DNA of 64,000 nt from Minisyncoccota bacterium (GCA_036517155.1 DATDXY010000001.1:6510-70509); one strand, 5' to 3'; shown: positions 35,878 to 45,360, counted from the stretch's first letter. Notes: generated by a model not told the origin, from the letters alone. Numbers and translations are program-made.

Positions 35878-36573
35878 CTAGACCACTGGATACAACGGCA
35901 CAATTTCTAATTCTCCTTTTGCTGGCATACGAATCACGTCAATCACTCGGCCAAAAATCCGGTAATCTCGGCGAAGAATAATTGGTTTGTAACTCGGGTC
36001 CGAGGATACGGGATTTAAAATAATCGCATTATTGGCGTATTCTATCTTTTTAATCACCGCAAATCCATCCACGACCGCCACGACTAAATCGTTATCGGAC
36101 ACTCCGTCAGTCAACTCCACCAAAACATAGTCTCCTTCGTTAATGCCTGCTTCATTCATGGAATTACCGACGGCTTTAATGCTAATAATTTTGTCTTTCT
36201 TTTTTCCTTGCAATAATTCACTTGAAATACAAATAAAATCCGAAAAAGATTTTTCCGCAAAAATATTTAAATTGTCGCAACCCGCGGACGCAATGACTGG
36301 AATCGCAATTGTATTTGCGCTCATTACGGCGCCTGGCTCAATCATGGTAATGCCACGTTTTTGATAACGGCTACGTTTTACCAAACCCTTCCGTTCCAGT
36401 GCCATCAGGTGTTGGGTAACTGCCCGCGGCGAAGAAAAATTCATAATCTTCACCATCTCCGCGACTGTTGGCGCCGTACCATTCTTTTTAATGAATGATT
36501 TTAACGTTTCATAAAAACTTTTCTGCTTTTGAGTTAAAAGAGAAATAATTTTTTCCATACCTAAATTATACAT
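35878..36573 (-). CDS. lexA: LexA-like repressor (winged-HTH plus S24 peptidase).
   Basis: N-terminal wHTH (TVAEMVKIMNFSSPRAVTQHLMALERKGLV). S24 Ser nucleophile in AVGNSM and Lys in FAVIKKIE. Confidence 0.75.
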   Translation of the reverse strand: MYNLGMEKIISLLTQKQKSFYETLKSFIKKNGTAPTVAEMVKIMNFSSPRAVTQHLMALERKGLVKRSRYQKRGITMIEPGAVMSANTIAIPVIASAGCDNLNIFAEKSFSDFICISSELLQGKKKDKIISIKAVGNSMNEAGINEGDYVLVELTDGVSDNDLVVAVVDGFAVIKKIEYANNAIILNPVSSDPSYKPIILRRDYRIFGRVIDVIRMPAKGELEIVPLYPVV

Positions 36574-36593
36574 ATATACATTCTACTAAGTAA

Positions 36594-36621
36594 ATATATA
36601 CTGTATATATACTGTGGATAA
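36594..36621 (-). promoter_or_regulatory. Candidate operator upstream of lexA: tandem 11-mer ATATATACTGT x2 fused to TGTGGATAA (TTATCCACA on the coding strand).
   Basis: + strand 36594-36621 reads atatatactgt atatatactgt ggataa, abutting a -35/-10 (TTACTT/TATAAT) on the minus strand. Confidence 0.4.
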
Positions 36622-36623
36622 CT

Positions 36624-37307
36624 TTAAGAGAGGTAATATTTCTGAATCGGACAAAATTTACTGTCCAACTCATACAGTAACGGTTTACCGGTTGGTATTT
36701 CCACGTCCATAATCTCTCGATCGGAAATAGATTCTAAGGATTTCATAAGCCCACGCAAGCTATTGCCATGGGCAGCCACTAATACATTTTTGTTTTCCCG
36801 TAATGCCGGCGCAATCGCCTCTTGCCAATAGGGCAATAAACGTTCCACCGCGTCTTTCAAAGATTCCGCTACCGGCAAATATTTTTCTTCCACGCTGCGG
36901 TACTTCGGATCGTTGCCGGGATAATACGGATGATTTTTATCCAGAGCCGGCGGACGCGCGTCGTAACTACGCCGCCACGCCAAGACTTGTTCCACCCCAT
37001 ACTGCTTGGCAATATCTGATTTATTCAAACCCTGCAATTTACCGTAATGCCGTTCATTGAGACGCCAAGTGGATTTAATTGGAATTTCTAATTTCATTTC
37101 CGAAAGCGCCAATTGCAATGTTTTTTGCGCTCGAGTTAAAAATGAAGTAAACGCGCAATCAAAATTAATATTGTTGCGTTTGCATAATACTCCCGCCTCT
37201 CTCGCTTCTTCCATGCCTTTCGTTGATAAATCCACATCTACCCATCCAGTAAATCGATTTTCCTGATTCCACACGCTTTCGCCGTGGCGAAGCAAAATTA
37301 AATACAT
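36624..37307 (-). CDS. gpmA: 2,3-bisphosphoglycerate-dependent phosphoglycerate mutase.
   Basis: LILLRHGESVWNQENRFTGWVDVDLS phosphohistidine signature. Confidence 0.85.
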   Translation of the reverse strand: MYLILLRHGESVWNQENRFTGWVDVDLSTKGMEEAREAGVLCKRNNINFDCAFTSFLTRAQKTLQLALSEMKLEIPIKSTWRLNERHYGKLQGLNKSDIAKQYGVEQVLAWRRSYDARPPALDKNHPYYPGNDPKYRSVEEKYLPVAESLKDAVERLLPYWQEAIAPALRENKNVLVAAHGNSLRGLMKSLESISDREIMDVEIPTGKPLLYELDSKFCPIQKYYLS

Positions 37308-37357
37308 AGTATAAAATACTAGAGAAAAAACTTTTAAATTTCAATGCCGAGATTTCT

Positions 37358-37549
37358 TTATTTCTTGATATTTTGCCAAAGCCAGACGATGAGTAAAACT
37401 CCCGCCACCAACCAGACTAGCCAAGTAAAGATTGCGGTAGTACCTAACCATCCGCCACCCATCATCTGGTCCGATCCATAACCATAATTCATCATGGTAT
37501 AAGTATAGCAAAAAAATCGCCTAAAGAGGTAATGTAGATTACAATACAA
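37358..37549 (-). CDS. Small membrane peptide.
   Basis: Gly-rich then a single TM helix. Confidence 0.25.
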   Translation of the reverse strand: MYCNLHYLFRRFFCYTYTMMNYGYGSDQMMGGGWLGTTAIFTWLVWLVAGVLLIVWLWQNIKK

Positions 37550-37554
37550 ATACT

Positions 37555-38526
37555 ATGCTTATTGACGACGTAACTATCTCTGTTGCCGCAGGAGACGGCG
37601 GTAAAGGAGCGGTAGCTTTCAACAAAAACAAAATGAGTCTCGGACCGGCCGGCGGAAGCGGCGGCAATGGCGGCAACGTATTTTGCGAAGGCATCGTGGA
37701 CATTTCCGCATTACGACAATTTCGCTTTAAGAAAAAACTAGCTGCGGCCAACGGAGAAAATGGCCGGGGCCAATTTAATGACGGTCAAACTGGAAAAGAC
37801 TTGATTCTGAAAGTTCCGGTCGGCACGGTTATCCACAATATAGAAAATGGAACTCAACAGGAAATTACTAAAATCGGCGAACGCGCCCGCATTGCCGAAG
37901 GCGGTCACGGCGGCAAAGGTAATTTTTTATTCCGATCGCCTCACAACACCAGTCCGAAACAATTTCAACTGGGATTGCCCGGAGAAAAATTCACGTTCCG
38001 ATTGGAATTGAAATTAATCGCGGATGTCGGGCTGATCGGTTTTCCCAATGCTGGCAAATCCAGCCTGCTCAATGAACTGACCAACGCCAAAAGCAAAGTA
38101 GCAAACTATCCCTTTACTACTTTGGAACCGCATTTGGGCGCTTACTATGAATTAATCATTGCTGATATTCCCGGATTGATTGCCGATGCTTCTAAAGGCA
38201 AGGGATTGGGAATTAAATTTCTCAAACACATTGAACGAACTTCGACATTATTTCACTTGGTATCCGCTGAATCGAATGCGCCGGAAACAGAATACCAAAT
38301 TCTTCGTCAAGAACTTGGAATTCATAATCCTGCTTTACTAAAAAAGAAAGAATATCTCTTTCTCTCTAAAAGCGATATTTTATCTCCCGGGGAATTGAAA
38401 AAGAAATTATCAGTTCTGAAAAAATGCAATGCTTCCGTTGCGCCGATTTCCATCCACGATTCCGAAAGCTTGGAACGAGTTAAAACTATTCTCAATAAAA
38501 TTATTCAAAGCAAAAAAGTCAGCTAA
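37555..38526 (+). CDS. obg: GTPase Obg.
   Basis: Gly-rich Obg fold N-terminus (AGDGGKGAVAFNKNK...GPAGGSGGNGG), G1 GFPNAGKSS, G3 DIPGLI. Confidence 0.85.
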   Translation: MLIDDVTISVAAGDGGKGAVAFNKNKMSLGPAGGSGGNGGNVFCEGIVDISALRQFRFKKKLAAANGENGRGQFNDGQTGKDLILKVPVGTVIHNIENGTQQEITKIGERARIAEGGHGGKGNFLFRSPHNTSPKQFQLGLPGEKFTFRLELKLIADVGLIGFPNAGKSSLLNELTNAKSKVANYPFTTLEPHLGAYYELIIADIPGLIADASKGKGLGIKFLKHIERTSTLFHLVSAESNAPETEYQILRQELGIHNPALLKKKEYLFLSKSDILSPGELKKKLSVLKKCNASVAPISIHDSESLERVKTILNKIIQSKKVS

Positions 38527-39022
38527 TCTCTATAATCCGATATTCCCGAGAGCCGTTTGCCGTTGGCACCGTCACGACATCCCCATTTTTATGCCTCATT
38601 AGCGCGGCGCCTAACGGCGACTGAAAAGAAATCCGCCCTTGGCCGGGATCGGTTTCTTGGGCGCCGAGAATTTGATAGGTCTTTTGCTTGCCCCCCACTG
38701 CCAATACCACCACGGAACCAATCTGCACTGTCCCGGAAGAATTCCGACCGGGCTGGATAATGACCACTCGCTTCATTTGTTCCTGAATTTCCAAAATTTG
38801 ATAATGCGTCCGCCGCAGAATTGCTTTGGCGGCTTTATATTCCGCATTATCCGATCGGTCGCCGAATGCCGCGGTCCGCGCGGTTTCCGCAATCCGTTCC
38901 GGCAAGGCTTTTTTTAATCGTTCTAACTTTTCTTTCAGCGATTGCAAGCCATTTTCCGTAAGATGAATCGGGCCGTCCTCCCGCCGCCTTAATTCGTCCG
39001 ATTTTCTTCTAGGTATTTGCAT
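38519..39022 (-). CDS. greA: Transcription elongation factor GreA.
   Basis: Coiled-coil N-terminus with an acidic tip (FGDRSDNAEY) and C-terminal FKBP-like domain. Confidence 0.8.
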   Translation of the reverse strand: MQIPRRKSDELRRREDGPIHLTENGLQSLKEKLERLKKALPERIAETARTAAFGDRSDNAEYKAAKAILRRTHYQILEIQEQMKRVVIIQPGRNSSGTVQIGSVVVLAVGGKQKTYQILGAQETDPGQGRISFQSPLGAALMRHKNGDVVTVPTANGSREYRIIEIS

Positions 39023-39082
39023 GCTTTGTATTTTACTCTAAAGATGGAAAAATTGCTGAAATTAGCGTAAACTATACATTCC

Positions 39083-40552
39083 ATGTCGAATAATGAAGTA
39101 ATACTGAGATTTAATAAAGTCTCATTTGAATACGGGCACAATAAACCGATTTTACAGGAAGCGGATTTTTCCATTCGCCGCGGCGCGAAAATTACTTTGA
39201 TGGGCCAAAATGGTTCCGGCAAAAGTACCATTTTTCAACTATTAACCAAGACCCTACACCCAGAATCCGGAGCAATTAATATCGCCGAAGATCTGACCGT
39301 GGCCACCGCCCGACAAGTCATCCCCCGCGATCAGATGGAATTAACGGTACGGGAATTTTTTGAAAAATGTTTTTCTAAAAAAATATATAATATTGATCCA
39401 CGCATTGATGAAGTATTTGAAGTGATCAATCTTCACGCCCCCCACGACCGGATTATTAAATCTTTTTCCGGCGGCCAGCAAGCGCGACTTCTACTCGCTT
39501 CCGCCCTGATTCAAGATCCCGATTTACTCCTATTGGATGAGCCAACCAATAATCTAGACAAAGCGGGCATTGAACATTTAACCAAATTTCTTTTGGATTA
39601 TAAAAAAACCTGCGTGGTCATTTCCCACGACGCGGATTTCTTGAATACTTTCACTCAAGGCGTGCTCTATTTGGATATTTTTACCCGGAAAGTGGAACAA
39701 TACGTAGGCAATTATTTTGACGTAGTGAAAGAAATCAAAGTTCGCTTGGAACGGGAACAAAGAAAAAATGCGCGGTTGGAGAGCGATATCATGCATCGGA
39801 AAGAACAAGCTGGTTTTTTTGGTCAGAAAGGCGGTCATATGCGAGACGTCGCTCGGAAAATGCGAGAAAAAATTGCCGAACTAGAAGAAGAAGTGGTGGA
39901 TGTCCGTCAAGAAGATAAAACTATCCGGAATTTCTTTATTCCCTGTCAGGAAGAAATTACCGGCCAAATCCTGAAATTGGATTCCGTGGCCATTATCAAA
40001 AATCACAAATCGGTCAATAAAAAAGTAAATGTTCTGCTTAAGAAAAATGAGCGTTTGCTTCTGACGGGACCAAACGGAATTGGCAAAACTACTTTATTGG
40101 AAAAATTGGCCCATGGACACATGAAAGGAGAGCATATTATGAAAGGCACGCGCGTCGGTTATTACCGCCAAGATTTTTCCACGCTGAATTTTGAGGATAC
40201 AGTATATGATTCGCTAAAATCGGCGCTGCCCGACGATTTTGATATGGAGATGACCCAGCAAAAACTTCGTGCGCTTGCCGCCGGATTTTTAATTAACGAA
40301 CATATTTTACGGACGAAAATCGGTAGTTTGTCGGAAGGCCAAAAGGGATTAGTGGCCTTTGCCCGCCTCGTTTTGCAAAAACCCGGGTTGCTGATTCTAG
40401 ATGAGCCAACCAATCACATCAATTTCCGGCACATTCCGGTAATTGCTGCCGCCCTGGATAAATATACCGGCGCGATGATTCTCGTTAGCCACGTGCCGGA
40501 ATTCGTAAAGCAGATTCGGATTGACCAAGTTTTGGATTTGGAAAAGATATAA
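39083..40552 (+). CDS. ABC-F family ATPase (tandem ABC domains, no TMD; translation-associated EttA/Uup type).
   Basis: Two Walker A sites (GQNGSGKST, GPNGIGKTT), two signature and Walker B motifs (LLLDEPTN, LILDEPTN), helical linker. Confidence 0.8.
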   Translation: MSNNEVILRFNKVSFEYGHNKPILQEADFSIRRGAKITLMGQNGSGKSTIFQLLTKTLHPESGAINIAEDLTVATARQVIPRDQMELTVREFFEKCFSKKIYNIDPRIDEVFEVINLHAPHDRIIKSFSGGQQARLLLASALIQDPDLLLLDEPTNNLDKAGIEHLTKFLLDYKKTCVVISHDADFLNTFTQGVLYLDIFTRKVEQYVGNYFDVVKEIKVRLEREQRKNARLESDIMHRKEQAGFFGQKGGHMRDVARKMREKIAELEEEVVDVRQEDKTIRNFFIPCQEEITGQILKLDSVAIIKNHKSVNKKVNVLLKKNERLLLTGPNGIGKTTLLEKLAHGHMKGEHIMKGTRVGYYRQDFSTLNFEDTVYDSLKSALPDDFDMEMTQQKLRALAAGFLINEHILRTKIGSLSEGQKGLVAFARLVLQKPGLLILDEPTNHINFRHIPVIAAALDKYTGAMILVSHVPEFVKQIRIDQVLDLEKI

Positions 40553-40589
40553 ACAAAAACATCCGCCAGTTGGCGGATGTTTTTTTCTC

Positions 40590-40790
40590 TTAAACTCGGT
40601 TCACGTTGACCGCGTTCGGTCCTTTCGGACTGTCGGCGATATCAAACGTTACTTTGTCACCTTGCTTAAGGTCTTTGAATTCAACATTCTTTAGCTCATT
40701 AGAGTGAAAAAAGAGATCTTTTTCCTGGCCTCCGCGAGCGATGAATCCAAATCCTCGGTCAGTGACGCGAGCGATTGTTCCTTCGTTCAT
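40590..40790 (-). CDS. cspA: Cold-shock protein.
   Basis: GTIARVTDRGFGFI RNP1 and FFH RNP2 motifs. Confidence 0.85.
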   Translation of the reverse strand: MNEGTIARVTDRGFGFIARGGQEKDLFFHSNELKNVEFKDLKQGDKVTFDIADSPKGPNAVNVNRV

Positions 40791-40922
40791 AGTAAACGTA
40801 TTAATTTCAATGAAAGCTCAAATCTAAATACTGAAAAGTGAAACTCGACGATGATCGCTATACAGCCCCGATTTGATTAATCTAACTATATCATACATTT
40901 TCTAATCTGTCAAACTCAAATC

Positions 40923-41522
40923 CTATCTGGATTCGCCTTCAAAATTTTTCGCCACTTCGCCGAACTGCATGGTAATTGGATCCAGTTTGAGCCATAAACT
41001 CTTACCCACCGAAGGCGAAGCGGTCATCGGCTCGCCCGGCAAACGAACGGCATAATTTACGACAATAACATTCTGTCTTTTGCTTCCCATCGCTGTCGTT
41101 CCCTCTTCCATTCCAGTAGTTTGCGGAGCAATTCGGTCGCCCAAAAAAACCGCCTGGGAACCGACATAGCCAGTTGGTGTATTTAGGGCGGCGACAAAAT
41201 AGAAAAAGGCGCCGCTGCCGCCGGTTTCTTGAGTCAAAATAAAAGCCACGTCTTCCAGGCCGTCGTCATTCAGATCGTGTTTAACTTCGTTGCCGAAATA
41301 ACGGGTTGTGACTTTGGCGGCTGATTCCGGAGCGGCTTCGGTTTCCGCAATGCCATTAACCAAAGTAACCGCCTTGCCTTCAATGTAATACGTTGCGTTT
41401 TTCGGGCTAAATTCCGCTTCTTTCGGAGAAACCGCCGGGGCTTTTCCGGATTTACCAATAAAGAAAAAAATTCCCGCAGCTACCAATAGAACAACAATGC
41501 TGATAAGTTTTATTCTATTCAT
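40923..41522 (-). CDS. Secreted or lipoprotein-like hypothetical protein.
   Basis: N-terminal TM/signal peptide. No family recognised. Confidence 0.35.
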   Translation of the reverse strand: MNRIKLISIVVLLVAAGIFFFIGKSGKAPAVSPKEAEFSPKNATYYIEGKAVTLVNGIAETEAAPESAAKVTTRYFGNEVKHDLNDDGLEDVAFILTQETGGSGAFFYFVAALNTPTGYVGSQAVFLGDRIAPQTTGMEEGTTAMGSKRQNVIVVNYAVRLPGEPMTASPSVGKSLWLKLDPITMQFGEVAKNFEGESR

Positions 41523-41537
41523 AGAATAACCTTCATC

Positions 41538-41774
41538 CTACACATTCTTCTCGGAATACGAAGGGAGCCAATCCATTACCTTTTTGCGATGTTTATCAAT
41601 GGACCACTCGTTACTGCCCTTGAAAAGGACCGGATACGATTCTTGAAACTGTTTTAATACTTTCACCGACGCGTGCGGGAAACCGATGGGAATGCTTTTG
41701 TTGTAAGATTCCATAAAAGCGACGAGAGTCGTTTTTACCAAATTAACATCCAGAGGATTATACTTTGGTTTCAT
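41538..41774 (-). CDS. Hypothetical small protein.
   Basis: 78-aa ORF in an operonic position. Confidence 0.3.
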   Translation of the reverse strand: MKPKYNPLDVNLVKTTLVAFMESYNKSIPIGFPHASVKVLKQFQESYPVLFKGSNEWSIDKHRKKVMDWLPSYSEKNV

Positions 41775-41837
41775 AATGTATTGATAATACCACGAATAAA
41801 GAAAAAATCCAATTTTTCTGATTCGAATATACTTATT

Positions 41838-42089
41838 TCAACGATGAGGGCAACCGGCCCAACAACAAGGCCGGCGCATCCCGCCCTTAAGTTTAGAAAG
41901 CGCCTTCTCGATACGAATATTCCTTGTTTCCGCTTTTTTTCCAGACGTAACCCAACAAATCCACTCGTTGCGCGCGATCGGCGTAATGTCTTCCCACACC
42001 GATCGCACGACCGGAACAGAAATAATAGCTTTTTGTAAATCCGCTGGCGCTTTGTGCACTACGCCGTTGGAAATTGCTTTCTTGGTCAT
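41838..42089 (-). CDS. YdeI/OmpD-associated-family-like small protein.
   Basis: C-terminal RPCCWAGCPHR and the length fit the family. Confidence 0.4.
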   Translation of the reverse strand: MTKKAISNGVVHKAPADLQKAIISVPVVRSVWEDITPIARNEWICWVTSGKKAETRNIRIEKALSKLKGGMRRPCCWAGCPHR

Positions 42090-42101
42090 AATACCATGAC
42101 A

Positions 42102-43427
42102 TTATCGAATATAGACGGTTGGATTTTTGAATTTCCATTCGGTTCCTTGGCAAAGTTCGTTTTGGTATTCAATCATCAGTTCCGTATTACTCGTAAGTTT
42201 GAGAATAAATCTTCCGCTTATAATCCCCTTCCCATAATTTCTTAAAGGAGAACTTCCGTTATTATCGTAGCAATATACGACGTCAGGAGTAACATCCTTG
42301 AATTTTCTATTGATAGTTCCTGATGACAGTGGCTCAAAAACCCATTTTGTCGGTTGTGAGACAATGATTCCGCTTACGGAGATCACTGACTGTTCTAGAT
42401 CGCGGTTGTTTGGTCCAAAATATAAGAGCTTGCTCCAATCGGCATGGCGCGTTGGGGAAGCATCCCCAATAAACCAGTCTCCCATAAGTGTACCGGGGAC
42501 ATCATACTCCACGGAACCGCACGAACCCCCTATTTTAGAATCAAGTTTTCCGATAAGCGTTTCTTTAAGCGGAGAGGAAAAATAATCAAACGGACAAGTA
42601 GAATGCTTCGTCAAGTGTCCATGCCGCGACGCATTCGCAAATGTATGCGTTACGCGCAAATCCCAAGTCCCAAAATTAAAGTTGCCTTGTAAGCGCCCCA
42701 CTGTACCCAGTGGCGTTCCTGCCTTAATAGGCTCCATGAGAAGAATGGGGCACGTATTGTCTTTTATTGAACCTCCCGGATATGCGCATCCACGAGAATC
42801 AACGAGTGCCTGCATTTCTGGCGATAAACTTTTCACATGATCAACAACCCCATATACATCTTTGCAGAAGGCATATTTAATAACATGATCTTCGGGGTCC
42901 TGCGTTATGCCATAACGAGGATTAATAAGAATAATCCACATATCTCCAGGCGCAACCAAAGGAGTGGTTTTCGTTGTTCCCTGTCCGGTGACTCCGATAT
43001 ACGTATCACTGCTGATACTCGCCAGCGTATGTTCTGGCGGGTTGGAAGAGCCGATAGGCTCAATGCCAGTAATTGAATCTATGGGAACCGGCGATACAGT
43101 CATTAAAGTTTTGCCGCACTCCGGAAGTTCTGCCCGCTCTTTTTCGGAAAGAATTTCCCATCCGGGACGCTCGGAGCTTGAAGCAATTGATTGCTTTTCG
43201 GGTTTAGGCGATAGAGTTTGTTTCGGTGGATCTATTTTTGGGGGAATACTTGAAGACTGAGATGATTTCGGAGACTCAGAAATCACGTTGTTTGAAGACA
43301 CTTGGTCCTCTCTTGGTTTCTCTTCTGATATTTTTGTACGATATTGAATCAACCCAACAAAAAGAAGAACAGTGACAACACCGACCGCGATAATGGATGC
43401 GAATCCTTTTTGAATTACCTTAACCAT
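42102..43427 (-). CDS. Secreted or anchored hypothetical protein with a Ser/Pro-rich linker.
   Basis: N-terminal TM helix, low-complexity S/P/K linker, ~300-aa Cys-containing globular region. Confidence 0.4.
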   Translation of the reverse strand: MVKVIQKGFASIIAVGVVTVLLFVGLIQYRTKISEEKPREDQVSSNNVISESPKSSQSSSIPPKIDPPKQTLSPKPEKQSIASSSERPGWEILSEKERAELPECGKTLMTVSPVPIDSITGIEPIGSSNPPEHTLASISSDTYIGVTGQGTTKTTPLVAPGDMWIILINPRYGITQDPEDHVIKYAFCKDVYGVVDHVKSLSPEMQALVDSRGCAYPGGSIKDNTCPILLMEPIKAGTPLGTVGRLQGNFNFGTWDLRVTHTFANASRHGHLTKHSTCPFDYFSSPLKETLIGKLDSKIGGSCGSVEYDVPGTLMGDWFIGDASPTRHADWSKLLYFGPNNRDLEQSVISVSGIIVSQPTKWVFEPLSSGTINRKFKDVTPDVVYCYDNNGSSPLRNYGKGIISGRFILKLTSNTELMIEYQNELCQGTEWKFKNPTVYIR

Positions 43428-43472
43428 ACAATGCCGAGAATAATTGCTAGAAGTCCGAGCAATATGTCTATT

Positions 43473-44138
43473 TTATTTCGATCGTGACTCAAATTCAAAT
43501 GCCCGGTTCCAATCGATCTTTCGCGTAATCATCATGATAGTAGCCAGTAATGCGAAGAGCAGTAACGCGCCAGTAAGCAGCGCATACGTCTCAAGATGAA
43601 GTACGATTAATAAATACGTGTAGACAAGCGTAAGCATTGCCGCGATACCCATTGCTCCCCTGACTGTTCGCAAAACGAAATAACTATACAGCGTAATCAA
43701 CGCAATCGTCATTGCGGCCGCGACAATATATGCCGTAATAAATCCAATATGTTCCGTTAAGGCAAGAAGTAGAAGATAAAATTCTGCGAGCCCAAGCCCG
43801 ACTAACAAATATTGTACGGGATGTAATTGCAAATGCCACATTACATCCATTAGAAAAAAGACGCCAAACGTCAGCAAGATAAATAAGATTGCATATTTGA
43901 GTACCCGTTCAACTTTTCGGTAAACGCTAACGCCAGTTTTTTCATCAAAGCCCGACAATTTATTAAATATGCGTACCTGCGAAGCGTCCCCGCCATGCGT
44001 TTCCAACGCTTGTTGCTGATACGAAATACGATCGTTTACTACGGCATAGACGAACATACTCGCGGCGAAACTCACTGCTATTACGATACCTATCGAAATC
44101 ACTTTAATGGTAAAAGCTAAGCTTGGCATGATGTACAT
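43473..44138 (-). CDS. Polytopic membrane protein.
   Basis: 221 aa, 5-6 TM helices. Confidence 0.35.
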   Translation of the reverse strand: MYIMPSLAFTIKVISIGIVIAVSFAASMFVYAVVNDRISYQQQALETHGGDASQVRIFNKLSGFDEKTGVSVYRKVERVLKYAILFILLTFGVFFLMDVMWHLQLHPVQYLLVGLGLAEFYLLLLALTEHIGFITAYIVAAAMTIALITLYSYFVLRTVRGAMGIAAMLTLVYTYLLIVLHLETYALLTGALLLFALLATIMMITRKIDWNRAFEFESRSK

Positions 44139-44176
44139 TCTAACTAGAATTGGCCAGCTAAAGTAACAAAGTTTAA

Positions 44177-45004
44177 CTAATGTAGATTTAGAAAAATATA
44201 CTCGCCAGCCCCTGCTTCCGGCGGAAAGTAGATGGTGTCAGGGTCTTGGCCAGGGACATTTTGTTTCCGAGGCAATAGCGGACAGTCATGTAGATCGCGA
44301 TACGCTTCCGCAATAATCAATTTATCGGGCGTAATCCCGTATCGTTTATATTCCGTCACAACATCTGGCGTCATATGACTAAAAACCTCGTCTACTGCGG
44401 GCTGGTGCATTGGCCGGGTAAATTTAACGGCAAAATCAAAATTATCGGATGCGTACTCTGGGCCACGCGCTAAATTAGCGGTGCCGATCTTTTGGCCGGC
44501 AGTTACGCGCATCCCTTCACGCAATGAAGGATTAAGATTGATATGAAAAAACACGAACTGCCAGTGACGCGGGCTAGCAGGATGGTGCGTATCGGGAGTC
44601 AACCAAATTTGCTGGTCGCCCGGACCACCTAAATCGTTATCGATGAGAAAAATCTCGCCATCGAACGGGGCAAAAACAGAAACCCGGTCTTGCGTACCTC
44701 GGTATTCCGGTTTTGCTTTTATATAATGTTTCATAGAGCGCGGCGTTTTTTCTAATTCTCCGGTAGTTACAGTCGGAGGCCGATAGTCGTGCCCAGCGCA
44801 GCTTCGATATTGCGAAAAGGCGGCAATTTGCTCCAGATCTACTGGGTTGGCAGTAATAAACTGTTGATTGATCTCTGTTGACGTTGGCAGGTACGAGAAC
44901 CCAACTGCCATTCCTATAAACCCAAAGAAAACAACTGCCACTATGAACAATAGTACTTTTACTAATCGACTCATGAGAGATATTGTACCATAATTAGTCC
45001 GCAT
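44177..45004 (-). CDS. Membrane-anchored hypothetical protein.
   Basis: N-terminal TM helix. No family recognised. Confidence 0.35.
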   Translation of the reverse strand: MRTNYGTISLMSRLVKVLLFIVAVVFFGFIGMAVGFSYLPTSTEINQQFITANPVDLEQIAAFSQYRSCAGHDYRPPTVTTGELEKTPRSMKHYIKAKPEYRGTQDRVSVFAPFDGEIFLIDNDLGGPGDQQIWLTPDTHHPASPRHWQFVFFHINLNPSLREGMRVTAGQKIGTANLARGPEYASDNFDFAVKFTRPMHQPAVDEVFSHMTPDVVTEYKRYGITPDKLIIAEAYRDLHDCPLLPRKQNVPGQDPDTIYFPPEAGAGEYIFLNLH

Positions 45005-45076
45005 TTTAGCGGAAGAATTGATTAAAATATTGAAAACGAACCAAAAAACTGCTCACGCAAGATAATCTTTTTTTCT

Positions 45077-45151
45077 TGGCTCCCCCGGTAGGGATCGAAC
45101 CTACGACCGTCGCCTTAACAGGGCGCCGCTCTACCGCTGAGCTACAGGGGA
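45077..45151 (-). tRNA. tRNA-Asn (anticodon GTT), CCA encoded.
   Basis: Reverse complement folds as a cloverleaf: acceptor TCCCCTG/CGGGGGA, D-arm GCTC-AGCGGTA-GAGC, anticodon loop CTGTTAA, T-arm GTAGG-TTCGATC-CCTAC, discriminator G, CCA. Confidence 0.8.
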
Positions 45152-45266
45152 ATATCTGTTGGATAATATAACAGAATTTTCCAAAATATAAAAGAGGCTA
45201 ATTATTAAATCAAATATGCTATACTTAAAAGTTAAAGGACGGAAAAATTAAAGGGTAGCTTATAAT

Positions 45267-45350
45267 ATGGATCAAAAAACGCCGCCCCAAAATCCGGACG
45301 AAGAAAAATGCCCTCACTGCGGCAGGCCGATTGGGGAATGTAATTGTTAA
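45267..45350 (+). CDS. Tiny Cys-rich ORF (27 aa), speculative.
   Basis: MDQKTPPQNPDEEKCPHCGRPIGECNC. Followed directly by a strong terminator hairpin. Confidence 0.15.
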   Translation: MDQKTPPQNPDEEKCPHCGRPIGECNC

Positions 45351-45360
45351 TATCTAATTA

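Noticed and set aside
40923-45151. Integrative genomic island at tRNA-Asn.
   Set aside because: No integrase/recombinase gene and no direct repeat of the tRNA 3' end were visible in the block. I kept it as a lineage-specific secreted-protein cluster.
45152-45200. Canonical sigma-70-like promoter for tRNA-Asn, with a near DnaA box TTGGATAAT.
   Set aside because: A TTGGAA/TATATT pair exists but the spacing is only ~8-10 nt, and the DnaA-like box has a mismatch. This is too weak to call.
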